This document shows positions 10,395 through 20,253 of a stretch of DNA of 45,400 bases, piece by piece. This DNA comes from a virus (Duplodnaviria > Caudoviricetes): the IMG/VR virus record IMGVR_UViG_3300049982_000010, positions 1-45,400 of that record; one strand, given 5' to 3'. Each line of letters opens with the position of its first letter. Position 1 is the stretch's first letter. Position numbers and translations under genes: made by a program. A model generated the notes under the pieces. That model saw only the letters and a list, made by a program, of their open reading frames with translations. It had not been told where the DNA came from and searched no databases.

Positions 10395-12577
10395 CAGCTA
10401 ATCGCTTTCGATACGCCCTGCTTAGTTTCAGTAACAACCATTAGTGTAAATAGTCTAGCGGGTCCGTCCCCTGTAGACCCATCTGTAAGTAAATCTACTT
10501 GGAAATTGATTTGTCTATATCTTAATGATTTCTTAAATCTAGCAAATCTTCTAGCTGTACCAGTTCCGGTCGAACTCACTGTAACAATTGAAGGGACAGT
10601 GGTCAACGGCTGGTCCCAGCTAAATGTTGCTATATCATCCCAACTAACTGAGGCTAATTGATCCCATGTTACATCGAAGGACAGAACAATGACATTTGCA
10701 GTTCCAGTAATGTCCCTATTACTAGTTACGTCCGCACCCCAGTGCCACAGTTTCTTAAATTGATTAGAAACTGCCATATCAAAGTTCTTAGTCTTAGCAG
10801 AACAGTTAATATCAAATACTTGACCCGATAGAGGACCAATCTTGACATTATCTACGGAGGCAACTATAGGCAAACCATTGGTATTGGCGGTAGTTACAAA
10901 GGAAGAAATTCTAATCTTACCAGAAGCGATTGAAGCGTCTACTTGACTAATAGACCACCCATTAGGTTCTTGGGTTGAAGTTTTCCAAGCTTTCGTTTTT
11001 AACGATGAACCACTAAGTTGTGCTCTGACACTATAAATATCGTTTGCTACCTGGGTACCTGCTATTGCCGCTGTAGATCCTAATTGAGTAGCTACTCCAG
11101 CTACCACTTTGTATAGATAGAGTGTTACAGCTCCCGCGACAGAAAACACTAATCGACTAAGATAATAGTTGTTAGCATCTACATACCTAAGACGACTATC
11201 TGAATAAATATCTCCACCAGCACCTGTAGGTACTACTGGAATGCTAGTCTCGTAGTAAATTTCAAAATCAGCTTGAGTCGTATTCAGTTCAGCTTCTCGA
11301 AGAACGTTTCTAGTTCCATGACTAATAGTAGCAACTCCCGCTGCTACGTTATAATCAGTTGCTGTACCTTGTACGGTCCAAGCTTCTCCCGTATCAGCAG
11401 GACTCCAGCTATTAACAGCAGGAATACCGAATGTGCTAATAACAGTATAGTTTGGATTAAGAGTCTGTTCTTTTATCGCAGCTGTTCTAGTATCAAATAG
11501 TTGAATTAAAGACCTAAATGCAGTAACAGCGGATCCAGCGTAAAATTTATCTCCCGCAGGATCTCGTGTAGCAACAATAGGACCAAAGTAATGTAGTGCA
11601 GATCTAGCGGAAACCCATTCGGTCCACGTTCTAGTTCTTAGGCCATATACATAAGTTTTATTATAATAACGAACTACGAGCCTATCTCCGAGAATCCCTA
11701 GGCAAAAGGACTCTGCGGCAAAGGCCGATGGAGTAGTTGTATCTAACGCAAAGGGGACCTTGGTATTGAGTCTATGAAAATCGTAGTTAACAACTTCATA
11801 CACCCAGCCATTATGGAAAACATAGACTTGATTTTCATAGTTAACGACGCAATACTGTCCCTCAACCCCAATAGTTTGGGAAATTTTTCGCACAACTGCA
11901 TCTGTTGGCCTTACATCATATGCAAGAATATAAGTAGTTTGATCTTTAAATAGAAGTAAGTTGTCTTGATATACAGTTACATCAATTAGTTTAGTTCCGT
12001 CACCCTGACCTACGTCAATAAAGTTAGAACCCGTCCAAGCATCAAAGTTGCCTGCATCTGAAAAAGTAAGCCTAGTAGTATTTGTAACCGATACAGTTCC
12101 TGGGACAACGAATAGACGTTCTTTATGAATTACACAAGCTTGTCCCTTAGGAATAGCAGCTACAGCAGTAAACCCACCACTAGGATCCCATTTACCTCCG
12201 GAACCTGAAGAGGGATGAGGGACCATATACACTTTATCTGCATATTGAACAGCAGCCGCAGCTCTAAATGTAGCTGTAATTAAAGTCCAGGTATTATTAA
12301 CGAAGTGATATACACCATTAGTATTAGATCCAATTAAATAGTGGACACCACTAAACACAGCTTCACACAGCAGTACGATACGTTCAGTCCAAGCGGATTG
12401 TCCATCTAGTTCTTGAAAAGGAGGACGAGAAATTAGACTGCCATCAATGTCCAACTCAAAATTTTTAGCAGTTACTAACTCAGCGTCTGCAATGGCAGTC
12501 GGGTCTGAACCGAGGTTAAGCTAAAGTCCGCCGATGAAGGGTCCGATACGTAAAGGCTTTCCTCCTGGCACTGGCAT
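10394..12577 (-). CDS. tail nozzle (tubular protein B / P22 gp10-like) with an in-frame TAG at 12521-12523
   Basis: Frame continues upstream of the called 12454 start: MPVPGGKPLRIGPFIGGL*LNLGSDPTAIADAELVTAKNFELDIDG; beta-propeller-like segments; follows the adaptor gene. Start could be 12583, 12577 or GTG 12571. Confidence 0.75.
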
Positions 12578-12621
12578 CACCATCTTTCTTCTAAATATTT
12601 AATCAGGGACCTTAATAAAGG

Positions 12622-13275
12622 CTACATATCCTCTGCTCGAATAGTAATAATAGGATAGGTTTCTTCAGGAGTCCATTCAGAACGTCCGCGCTGAAAGTTA
12701 ATACCTTCAGTTAGTTCCTTACCCTTTAAGGCTACAGCTTCTGCATCTTCATCCATCTCATAAGCTTGTTTCAAACAATAAGTAACTAAAAGCTCATGAT
12801 AAATGCTAGGAATATCTGGCGTATCAGAAGTAAGTAAGGAGTCTACAGGGGTGCGCTGGTAATAGAGTTTCATTGCGGCGGCTGTAGACACAGCAGGAGT
12901 AGGGAATAGTGTAATGAGATTCTCAAAGATCATATAGACTACAGGAACACCTGTTCCGTAATCATTACCATCCCAACCATCAATATACTCATTGAAATCG
13001 TTGAGTGTCATTCCTTTAAGTTTATGATAACTAGTTTCTCCAGTATCTTTCCAACTAATTCCTCTTAAAATAAGAACATCAGAAGGAAGAGCATAGTCTT
13101 GCTGATTAGCAATAGATGCAGTAGTAGCTGTTTTTTGTAATAAACTTTCATTCTTGTACAAAATTTCTCTGACACCATCATTAATAAATCGTAAGATATC
13201 TTCAGTGGTGAGCTGAACTCCAGCCTCATCACCGAAAATTCTCTGTACTCTAGTAGTAATGTCAGAGACAAGCAT
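12622..13275 (-). CDS. head-tail adaptor / tail tubular protein A-like
   Basis: FINDG, QQDYALPSD, LFPTP, PDIPSIYHELLV; position after the capsid. Confidence 0.75.
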   Translation of the reverse strand: MLVSDITTRVQRIFGDEAGVQLTTEDILRFINDGVREILYKNESLLQKTATTASIANQQDYALPSDVLILRGISWKDTGETSYHKLKGMTLNDFNEYIDGWDGNDYGTGVPVVYMIFENLITLFPTPAVSTAAAMKLYYQRTPVDSLLTSDTPDIPSIYHELLVTYCLKQAYEMDEDAEAVALKGKELTEGINFQRGRSEWTPEETYPIITIRAEDM

Positions 13276-13725
13276 TTAGATCCTCCGACGTGTATCATCA
13301 AATTTAATTTGCTTGCCTTCGCTGTCTCTACCCATTTTAATATAATGCAGGGGAGTCTTAAACATAAATCTAGCGAGATCTAATGCTTCTGTAAGTTGAT
13401 CATCTTTTTCTTTAAGTTTAAACAATTCCTGAGCACGATTATGCGCCTCGATACGATCTAACACATTACCGTGCTTATTATCAGCATTAAAAACAGTAGT
13501 TAAAATATCAACAGGGGAGTCTAACTCACTGGCATAACAAACTACTGTCTCTAACCCATTAGCATCTCGGTTAACTACTTGGTAAGGTTTTTTATCGTCT
13601 CTAGTTCTTTTGTCGGATGGAATATAACGAAGTTCAAGCGTGGGGGAGTAGTCTTGGAGCATCCTAGCTAGGCGCTCATAGTTTTCATCTACCCACTCAC
13701 CAGTATCTGTGGCAATAAAAGTCAT
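13276..13725 (-). CDS. hypothetical protein
   Basis: Abutting ORFs in the operon. Confidence 0.7.
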   Translation of the reverse strand: MTFIATDTGEWVDENYERLARMLQDYSPTLELRYIPSDKRTRDDKKPYQVVNRDANGLETVVCYASELDSPVDILTTVFNADNKHGNVLDRIEAHNRAQELFKLKEKDDQLTEALDLARFMFKTPLHYIKMGRDSEGKQIKFDDTRRRI

Positions 13726-14039
13726 TATTCCCCCGTGCAGACCATATCAACTGACACACTAGTACCGCCAGTGAATGTTCCAACATTTGCACGAACAAAT
13801 AAACATGGCTTATCTACAGCAAAAGTTGCACCGGCAACCAAGGTATTATCAGTCCCTAATTGAAACCAAGTCGTACCATCTAACGAACCTTCATAGTTGA
13901 CCACAAGAACCGTGAAGGGACCAACTACTGTTTTACTGAAGGTAAAAGTTTTTTGGACAGTAAATAGAGGGACTGTAGGCCCGGGTGCAGCGGTTGTAGC
14001 TGCTTTAAGTAAAGAAGTACGGTCATTCATCGAGGCCAT
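13725..14039 (-). CDS. small beta-rich virion protein (decoration-like)
   Basis: GGAGGAG RBS before ATG 14039; EGSLDGTTWF motif. Confidence 0.6.
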   Translation of the reverse strand: MASMNDRTSLLKAATTAAPGPTVPLFTVQKTFTFSKTVVGPFTVLVVNYEGSLDGTTWFQLGTDNTLVAGATFAVDKPCLFVRANVGTFTGGTSVSVDMVCTGE

Positions 14040-14125
14040 TCCCGGCTCCTCCAAATCGTCACGTGACGAAAGTATCCGCAGGTCAGAGAAGTGCCGATAA
14101 CATAGATTATGTCAAGTAGCCTGGT

Positions 14126-14164
14126 GGGGGCCGGTCCCCTATCATGCAGAAGAGACCGACCCCC
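14126..14164 (-). terminator. GC-rich stem-loop after the capsid genes
   Basis: Inverted repeat GGGGGCCGGTC / GACCGACCCCC; no U-tract. Confidence 0.5.
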
Positions 14165-14175
14165 TGATGGCTAAA

Positions 14176-14481
14176 TTATTTCTTCGTGCTACTACTAGAC
14201 CTACTAGTAGTTTTCTTAGTAGCTTCAGTCTCGGCCTGTAATCGAGTTAACGCGGTCTCTTCAGAATTTTCACTGTTGGGACCACCAGAGAGAGATCCGA
14301 CACCTTCATAATTAGGCTGAACCATAGGGTCTCCGGTCGGATTAAACTCCGGATCCGAAGGCGGTCCACCCTTACCATCTAAAGCATCAAGTCTCTCAAA
14401 TACTTCCTCAAGTCCTAATTCTTTGAATAAGAACTTAAGATTATCACCAATTTGATGGTGGTGATTACTAAAATCAGGCAT
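14176..14481 (-). CDS. hypothetical protein after the major capsid gene
   Basis: Probable start MPDF at 14481, just after the capsid stop. Confidence 0.65.
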   Translation of the reverse strand: MPDFSNHHHQIGDNLKFLFKELGLEEVFERLDALDGKGGPPSDPEFNPTGDPMVQPNYEGVGSLSGGPNSENSEETALTRLQAETEATKKTTSRSSSSTKK

Positions 14482-14485
14482 TGTA

Positions 14486-15712
14486 TTAGCTCGCTTCCTG
14501 AACGTCGGAAAGCAGACCATGAGAGTTACGGCGATGCGTACCGAGCTGACAGTACTTAAACATCATAGTCTGATATGCATCGTAACTACCCGCAGAATCA
14601 ATAATACGTTGCCACCGGGAGCCATCCCGGTCCATAAATTTCCAGTCACCTTCTTGATACAGCTTTAACTCTTTTTCATTAATGAAGTACATACGTTGTG
14701 GCTGGCAGTCAAAATCAGACATAACTGGGATGTCGCCCCAGTCAGTAGTAAATGCTAAACCCTTAAATCCACCAGCAAAATCAATCGCCCCCCCACCACT
14801 ATTAAATCGTCGCTGCTGAGAGAGGAGGTTAAAGTACGCACGGCGGACGCCAAGTGTAGTAAAGATAACTGAAGTACGACCACCGTTAGTACGAATGTTG
14901 TCAATCATTTTAATCATAAGACCCTCAGAGAGGGCTCGTGCAGTACCAGCATTGCTGTCTACAACACTCTTCCACACAGGTTCAACAGAAGAGTCAACGT
15001 TATAGAGAGTACCCGTGTTGTTCACAATCTGCTTGAAACCAATAGTTTCACGGCCAACAGATCCAGCGCGAACAATAATATCAGTAGCAACAGCAGTACC
15101 ATCAGCGCCATCATAAGTAATGACACCTGTAGCAGTGTTGATTGCCGTAATTTCACGGTTCACAAACTTAGGAGTAACACCAGTAATATCATAAACATCA
15201 ATCTGCATACCTAATTCAAGATACTGCATATCAGTAAGCGCCACAGTAACAGTGTTTGCACCGTCAGCCGTAACACTTGCAAGAATACCCGTACTGGTTC
15301 CATAGACCTGACGGTTCATATCCTTAGATAAAGTCTGAGTAAGACCATCTAATTCTTGCTGGAGAGCACTAGCAAAAGCCTGAAAATTCTTTTCTGCTAA
15401 TTCCATAGTCTGACCAGTTAAGCTAGCAGCCCCATAAAGGTACGCTAATGAAACTCGTGCAGACGCATACTTCTGACTCTTCGGGTTAGGCAGTGCTTCA
15501 TTTTCGTTACGAGCACCAATACCGTGATTACGGCGAGTCCTAATCGGGAACACGACATACTTACCGCCAACTTCAGAGGTAACACCTTCAGTAGATTTCT
15601 CAATCCGCTGAAGGGTAAGAACTTCACTTTGAAGCTGATCTCTAAGTTTATCTTCATAAACTTCTTTAAGAATATTACTAACCACCGTCATGGTGGTAGA
15701 AGCACCGGCCAT
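14486..15712 (-). CDS. major capsid protein (HK97 fold, P22-like)
   Basis: 408 aa; ILKEVY, KDMNRQVYG..G, C-terminal RNSHG; after the scaffold. Confidence 0.9.
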   Translation of the reverse strand: MAGASTTMTVVSNILKEVYEDKLRDQLQSEVLTLQRIEKSTEGVTSEVGGKYVVFPIRTRRNHGIGARNENEALPNPKSQKYASARVSLAYLYGAASLTGQTMELAEKNFQAFASALQQELDGLTQTLSKDMNRQVYGTSTGILASVTADGANTVTVALTDMQYLELGMQIDVYDITGVTPKFVNREITAINTATGVITYDGADGTAVATDIIVRAGSVGRETIGFKQIVNNTGTLYNVDSSVEPVWKSVVDSNAGTARALSEGLMIKMIDNIRTNGGRTSVIFTTLGVRRAYFNLLSQQRRFNSGGGAIDFAGGFKGLAFTTDWGDIPVMSDFDCQPQRMYFINEKELKLYQEGDWKFMDRDGSRWQRIIDSAGSYDAYQTMMFKYCQLGTHRRNSHGLLSDVQEAS

Positions 15713-15719
15713 GATAACC

Positions 15720-16499
15720 TCACTGGTTCTGGTCTTGGTTTGCCATCAGCATTTGGACAACTAAATCTTTGGTACCTTTGTCATCCAATTTAGCAGGATT
15801 TAACCCAGCACCCGGTACTCCCCCGCCAGAACCCATAACTAAAGGTCGAGGCTTAAACTGAGCCTGATAGTCAGCAACCGCCTTAGACGCTTGTTCAACT
15901 GTCAAGTCGTTATTAGCCATTAAACCCAAGACAAAAGGCATGTCTGCATCTTTAAGACGGTACTTGTCTTGGGAGATAGTCTTTAGTTCGTTTTCTAGCT
16001 GGTTGTCTAAAGCAGCATTTTGACGTTCTTGCTGTTGTGCTCGCAAATAATCAGTCATTAAGCGATTTTGCTGCTCTAAACGTTGAAGTTCAGGTTTCCA
16101 AGGTTGTTCATCCTGAGTATTATTACCTGGCTGCTGCTGGCCCTGCCCAGAACCAGAACCGTTCTGCATAGCTTGTAAGGCGCCCGGATTAGATTCTTTA
16201 AGCCACTCCCCCAGTGCTTCATAAACCATTTGAGGGTTAGCGTTTAATTGATTAGCAACTTGGACGGCCCACTGTGCAGTTTGCGGATCAACCTGTGACA
16301 TAACAGGCTTCCACGGCTCATATTCCGAGTGTACCTTTTGAACCATGTTATTAACATTTTCATCCCACTGTTTAAAGGCGGGAGTGAGATATGTATCTCT
16401 TACTTCTTGTGGAGCAGTACCATAATACTGTTCCCATGCGGGATTGATACCACTATCAGTTTGCTCTACAGGCTGTCCACCGTCAACAGGATCAGTCAT
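15720..16499 (-). CDS. scaffolding protein
   Basis: Q-rich helical protein between the portal region and capsid. Confidence 0.7.
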   Translation of the reverse strand: MTDPVDGGQPVEQTDSGINPAWEQYYGTAPQEVRDTYLTPAFKQWDENVNNMVQKVHSEYEPWKPVMSQVDPQTAQWAVQVANQLNANPQMVYEALGEWLKESNPGALQAMQNGSGSGQGQQQPGNNTQDEQPWKPELQRLEQQNRLMTDYLRAQQQERQNAALDNQLENELKTISQDKYRLKDADMPFVLGLMANNDLTVEQASKAVADYQAQFKPRPLVMGSGGGVPGAGLNPAKLDDKGTKDLVVQMLMANQDQNQ

Positions 16500-16547
16500 T
16501 ATTATTCCTTAACTATTCCCGTACCATATGCATTGATGCAGTAGGCC

Positions 16548-16772
16548 CTAGGAATATTGATTATTTGGGTCTTGCGGTTGTTGCATTTTCTTTAAACGTC
16601 TTCGAGCTGCATCTTGCATCGTAGGATCTGGTGCGCCTTTAGCTACAGTAGTACTTTGAGGAGTACTCATACTGCTAATTTGACTAGACTTAGGCATTCT
16701 TCTTTTTGGAGTGACAGTAGTTTCATCAAATTTATTGTCACTAAAAAATTGATCTGATCCAACTGAGGCCAT
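16548..16772 (-). CDS. small protein with DAARRRLKKM motif
   Basis: Coupled start; motif shared with 17319-17543. Confidence 0.6.
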   Translation of the reverse strand: MASVGSDQFFSDNKFDETTVTPKRRMPKSSQISSMSTPQSTTVAKGAPDPTMQDAARRRLKKMQQPQDPNNQYS

Positions 16773-17332
16773 TATAACTCCCCCATAGGTCTTACCATGA
16801 GGTATCTCTTATTTCCAGCGTTTCCAGCTCCACCAGATGCTAACACATTAAATGTGTTAGTTCCACCGCCTGAGTTAGCAGTAAAACTAACTGTATACGT
16901 GCCATCTGTAGGAACTGTAAAGGGCGTATCGATTTTAACTCTTAAACTTGTAGCAGCAGTATTTAAGAAGTTAGCAATAGCAATTTGGGGATCTGTAATT
17001 GCAGCAGAACCACCAGCAATTAATCTTAAACTAAGAGTACAGTTAGGAGTAGCTGGAGTTGCTGTAGTATTACATTGGGCAGCCCACTCAGCCATATAGT
17101 TTTGGTTAGCTTTTAGAACACCTGTCCAAGTTTCCCACAAAGAATCAGTACCACTAGTTACTGAATCTGCCGTATTTCTACGTGTAGGAGCAGCAGGAAG
17201 TTTACCGGGACCGACAAAAGCTGCATCGATCTTATCCCAGTTATCATTTAGATCCAGCTGAACTAAGACTTTCTCCCCTGTTCCAGGAGTAACCTTAAGT
17301 AGCTGTAATCTAGCAGTACTAGTTGTTGCCAT
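16772..17332 (-). CDS. fibre/spike-like minor virion protein
   Basis: N-terminal TARLQLLK..PGTGE...LNDNWDKIDAA resembles actinophage fibre attachment segments. Confidence 0.6.
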   Translation of the reverse strand: MATTSTARLQLLKVTPGTGEKVLVQLDLNDNWDKIDAAFVGPGKLPAAPTRRNTADSVTSGTDSLWETWTGVLKANQNYMAEWAAQCNTTATPATPNCTLSLRLIAGGSAAITDPQIAIANFLNTAATSLRVKIDTPFTVPTDGTYTVSFTANSGGGTNTFNVLASGGAGNAGNKRYLMVRPMGEL

Positions 17333-17543
17333 TCTTCTTACCGCTATTCATCTTAGCAAGCCGACGCTTGGCTGCATCTCTCATAGCAGGAGAAAGTTTA
17401 CCCTTCTTTTTCTTAGTAATTCCTAATCTACCTGAAATAAAAGGATTAACATCCTGCTTTGAACCATTAGAGTCCTGAGCATCAGCTGGACCACTATTAA
17501 GTGGCATAAACTTACCCTTGATATTCATTCCTTGTCCGGCCAT
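17319..17543 (-). CDS. small basic protein with DAAKRRLAKM motif
   Basis: Packed in the operon. Confidence 0.6.
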   Translation of the reverse strand: MAGQGMNIKGKFMPLNSGPADAQDSNGSKQDVNPFISGRLGITKKKKGKLSPAMRDAAKRRLAKMNSGKKNGNN

Positions 17544-17545
17544 GT

Positions 17546-18061
17546 CTACAGGGCCCCCTGCTCTACGATAGAACGAATAGCAAATACCTTGTCGTTATCA
17601 TTCATAGAGTTAAGGACAGAAGAAGTATAAGTAGAGGCAGCAAGCTTAGTTAATGTAGCATCTAAAGAAGCACTATCATCAAGACTGTCCGAGCCAACTA
17701 ATTTAGCAACATCAGTTGAAGCAGTTGCACCCGCAGCAGCAGGAGTAAAAGTAATAGTAGTAGAACCTGCAACTGCGATTGCAGTAATAGTAAACACAGT
17801 TTCTTCTTTAACAACACCCGCAGCAGTAAATAGCCTAAAACTCTCACCGACACGTGCCACATTCATGCTCGCACCTTCAACAGCGGGAGTAGCATTAGCA
17901 CACACAAGCGTTGTAGTGCTTCCAGCACCGTTAGCCGTAGCTAAAATATACCGGTTAGTTTGGTGACTAAAGGGGTCAGCAGCAGCTTTAAGATTGCCAC
18001 CTTTACGCTTTTCTATAAAACCTAGTTCAACAGCAGGACCCATCATGTGTTGAGCAACCAT
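17546..18061 (-). CDS. Ala/Thr-rich virion-region protein
   Basis: Start overlaps the portal stop. Confidence 0.65.
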   Translation of the reverse strand: MVAQHMMGPAVELGFIEKRKGGNLKAAADPFSHQTNRYILATANGAGSTTTLVCANATPAVEGASMNVARVGESFRLFTAAGVVKEETVFTITAIAVAGSTTITFTPAAAGATASTDVAKLVGSDSLDDSASLDATLTKLAASTYTSSVLNSMNDNDKVFAIRSIVEQGAL

Positions 18062-20253
18062 TATTGCATACCTCCTGTAGGCATATTTCCAGATAATTGC
18101 GGCATAGCCATAGGTCCGGGAGTTCCACCACTACTATCCTGAGGGGGCGGAGGATTTCCCTTTGAAATTGAATTATCTATAATGTTACCGCCAGTTTCAG
18201 AGCCACCCTGTTGTTGTTCTTGTCCAGGCACAGGTAAGGGCGGCAATCCAGCTGCAATATTTGGATTCATACTATACTGTTCGATGCCCATAGCCACAAT
18301 GTGTCCATGAACATGCTCTTCAAACAGTTGCTTAGCTACTGGAGGTAAATTTTCAAAAGCCTGTCCCTTGCGGAACTGATTATGATATTCAACATGCAAC
18401 TTATGATTATCCCAAGTATTAACAGGAACAATCAACGGGGGTTCTACTGGCTGTCCAGTAGTAGGATCTAATTGAGGCTGACCAGTATTGGGGTCTACAG
18501 GAGGGGCATTTTGCGCTTGATATTGCATCATGTCCATATCAGTGACTTTGGACATTCGCAGATTCTCACGCTGAGTCTGACGTTGGTCTACTTGAAGCTG
18601 ATCATAAATTTTATTAATACCGCCCATGTCCATGACCTCAAGACCCTTATTAGGATCAATAAAGCCCATCTTCATGAGATCCATAAGTAAAGCTTGTTTA
18701 GCAGCCTTGCTAACCGGAAGCGCGCTTCCAGCTTCAACGCGCAAATCTACGTTATCACCTAGATCTGAACCTTTGAACGCCATAACATCAAAGGAACCAT
18801 CCGGCCCAGTAATTCTAACTAAACGCTCGGCAGACCAATAATCTTTAACATAAATTAACGAGAGTCTAGCCGTCTTCTCAATAGCCTCTTCGAGTGAATC
18901 AAACGTAGGAGATAACTTAGACTCATCTCGTTCTTGAAGGAAAGAGATAGCAGTTGCAGCAGTAACTCCAGGGGGGACCTGTCCCTTAGAGACTTCATGT
19001 TGGCCAGAAATATCATTCCAGTCAGCAAGGATTCTGTCGACTTCTTCTAATACGTATTGAGGAAGTGGACTCAGCGGAATTGGCTTGGGTGGTTCGAATC
19101 CAGGAGTATAAAAAATAACTAAGCCAGGTTCTGTAGTAATTTTACTGGCGTCTACAGATCCTCTAGGTGCAACGAGTTGGGGCTTAGCCATTCGATTTTT
19201 AGCTTCAGTAATTTGGCCTCTAGTTCTGTTATATTCCTTCTGCAACGGAATAAGATCTTCCACAGAAGAAGTAGCGTAGAACTTACCACCAGGGATATGA
19301 TCAATTTTAGCAAATGGGAACTGACCATGAGAATATGGAATACCTTGATAATTTTGGACAATCTCATTACCAACAACCGTATACATAGCCCCCTGCGGAA
19401 ACAAGGGATGAACTCCAGGCTTAACCCAGACTTCCAAAGCCATGATAGAGTTTTGTCTGTTTAAAGCTTGAGTACCTGTGAGATTTAAGAAAGATTCTTC
19501 TAAAATCTCCCTACCGTTATTAGTGTTCCCCTTTTTCTGCTTTAGATCGGGAAACTTCATTTTAATCATCTCAGGAGAAAAAGTCTTCGCATGAATAACA
19601 AAGGGCTGATTCTCAATCTCTTCTTCTCTAAAGTCAGGAACTAAAACATGGAATGGAGTTTCAGAACAATAACAGACATCACCTTGGGGCTGCATTGTGC
19701 TGGGGTCTACAGGGCCCACACCCTCATCCCAATAACTCTTAATAAATCCATTACCGCAGATAAGAGCCCACCAGACTGCCCTACGAATGACAAACTTTAA
19801 CTTCTTGTCTAAGTAGAGATTCTCCCAGATCTGTTCACCTGCCATGGCAGCGTACATATCTCTATCTTCAGCTGAAGAAGGAGTAATAGAGGCACTAGGC
19901 TTGTTATTGGTGAGCTGAGCTAGTTCATGTCGAATTGTGGGCCGGATGCGATTGATTACTGGTCTAACTCTGTAGTACGGGGCCGGAGGTGTATACAAGC
20001 GCATGTTAGTACCCAATCCAGCAGTCTGTGGATTTAAGATACTAACGTTCTGCTTACCAAAGTAAAAAGCAAGATTAAGGTACCACTGGCGCTCTGTACT
20101 AGTTCTAGCATTACGAATAGCTCTATAGTTTTTCAGAGTCCAGTCAATAATAGCATCAGCCTGAGCACGGGCAGCTTTAGTTTTCTGGAAGTCGACAGTA
20201 TTATCACTGCCTTCAATTCCAGAAGTATTTGCTACGGCTTCAGCAGTAGTCAT
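18061..20253 (-). CDS. portal protein (P22-like)
   Basis: 730 aa; INRIRP, DLIPLQKEYN, ISGQHEVSKG; downstream of the terminase. Confidence 0.9.
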   Translation of the reverse strand: MTTAEAVANTSGIEGSDNTVDFQKTKAARAQADAIIDWTLKNYRAIRNARTSTERQWYLNLAFYFGKQNVSILNPQTAGLGTNMRLYTPPAPYYRVRPVINRIRPTIRHELAQLTNNKPSASITPSSAEDRDMYAAMAGEQIWENLYLDKKLKFVIRRAVWWALICGNGFIKSYWDEGVGPVDPSTMQPQGDVCYCSETPFHVLVPDFREEEIENQPFVIHAKTFSPEMIKMKFPDLKQKKGNTNNGREILEESFLNLTGTQALNRQNSIMALEVWVKPGVHPLFPQGAMYTVVGNEIVQNYQGIPYSHGQFPFAKIDHIPGGKFYATSSVEDLIPLQKEYNRTRGQITEAKNRMAKPQLVAPRGSVDASKITTEPGLVIFYTPGFEPPKPIPLSPLPQYVLEEVDRILADWNDISGQHEVSKGQVPPGVTAATAISFLQERDESKLSPTFDSLEEAIEKTARLSLIYVKDYWSAERLVRITGPDGSFDVMAFKGSDLGDNVDLRVEAGSALPVSKAAKQALLMDLMKMGFIDPNKGLEVMDMGGINKIYDQLQVDQRQTQRENLRMSKVTDMDMMQYQAQNAPPVDPNTGQPQLDPTTGQPVEPPLIVPVNTWDNHKLHVEYHNQFRKGQAFENLPPVAKQLFEEHVHGHIVAMGIEQYSMNPNIAAGLPPLPVPGQEQQQGGSETGGNIIDNSISKGNPPPPQDSSGGTPGPMAMPQLSGNMPTGGMQ

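Noticed and set aside
12521-12523. Genome-wide amber reassignment
   Set aside because: TAG terminates several tightly packed genes, other ORFs are intact, and there is no CUA-anticodon tRNA.
14482-14520. Capsid C-terminal extension by frameshift into the 14176 ORF
   Set aside because: No slippery sequence seen, and the downstream gene has its own ATG at 14481.
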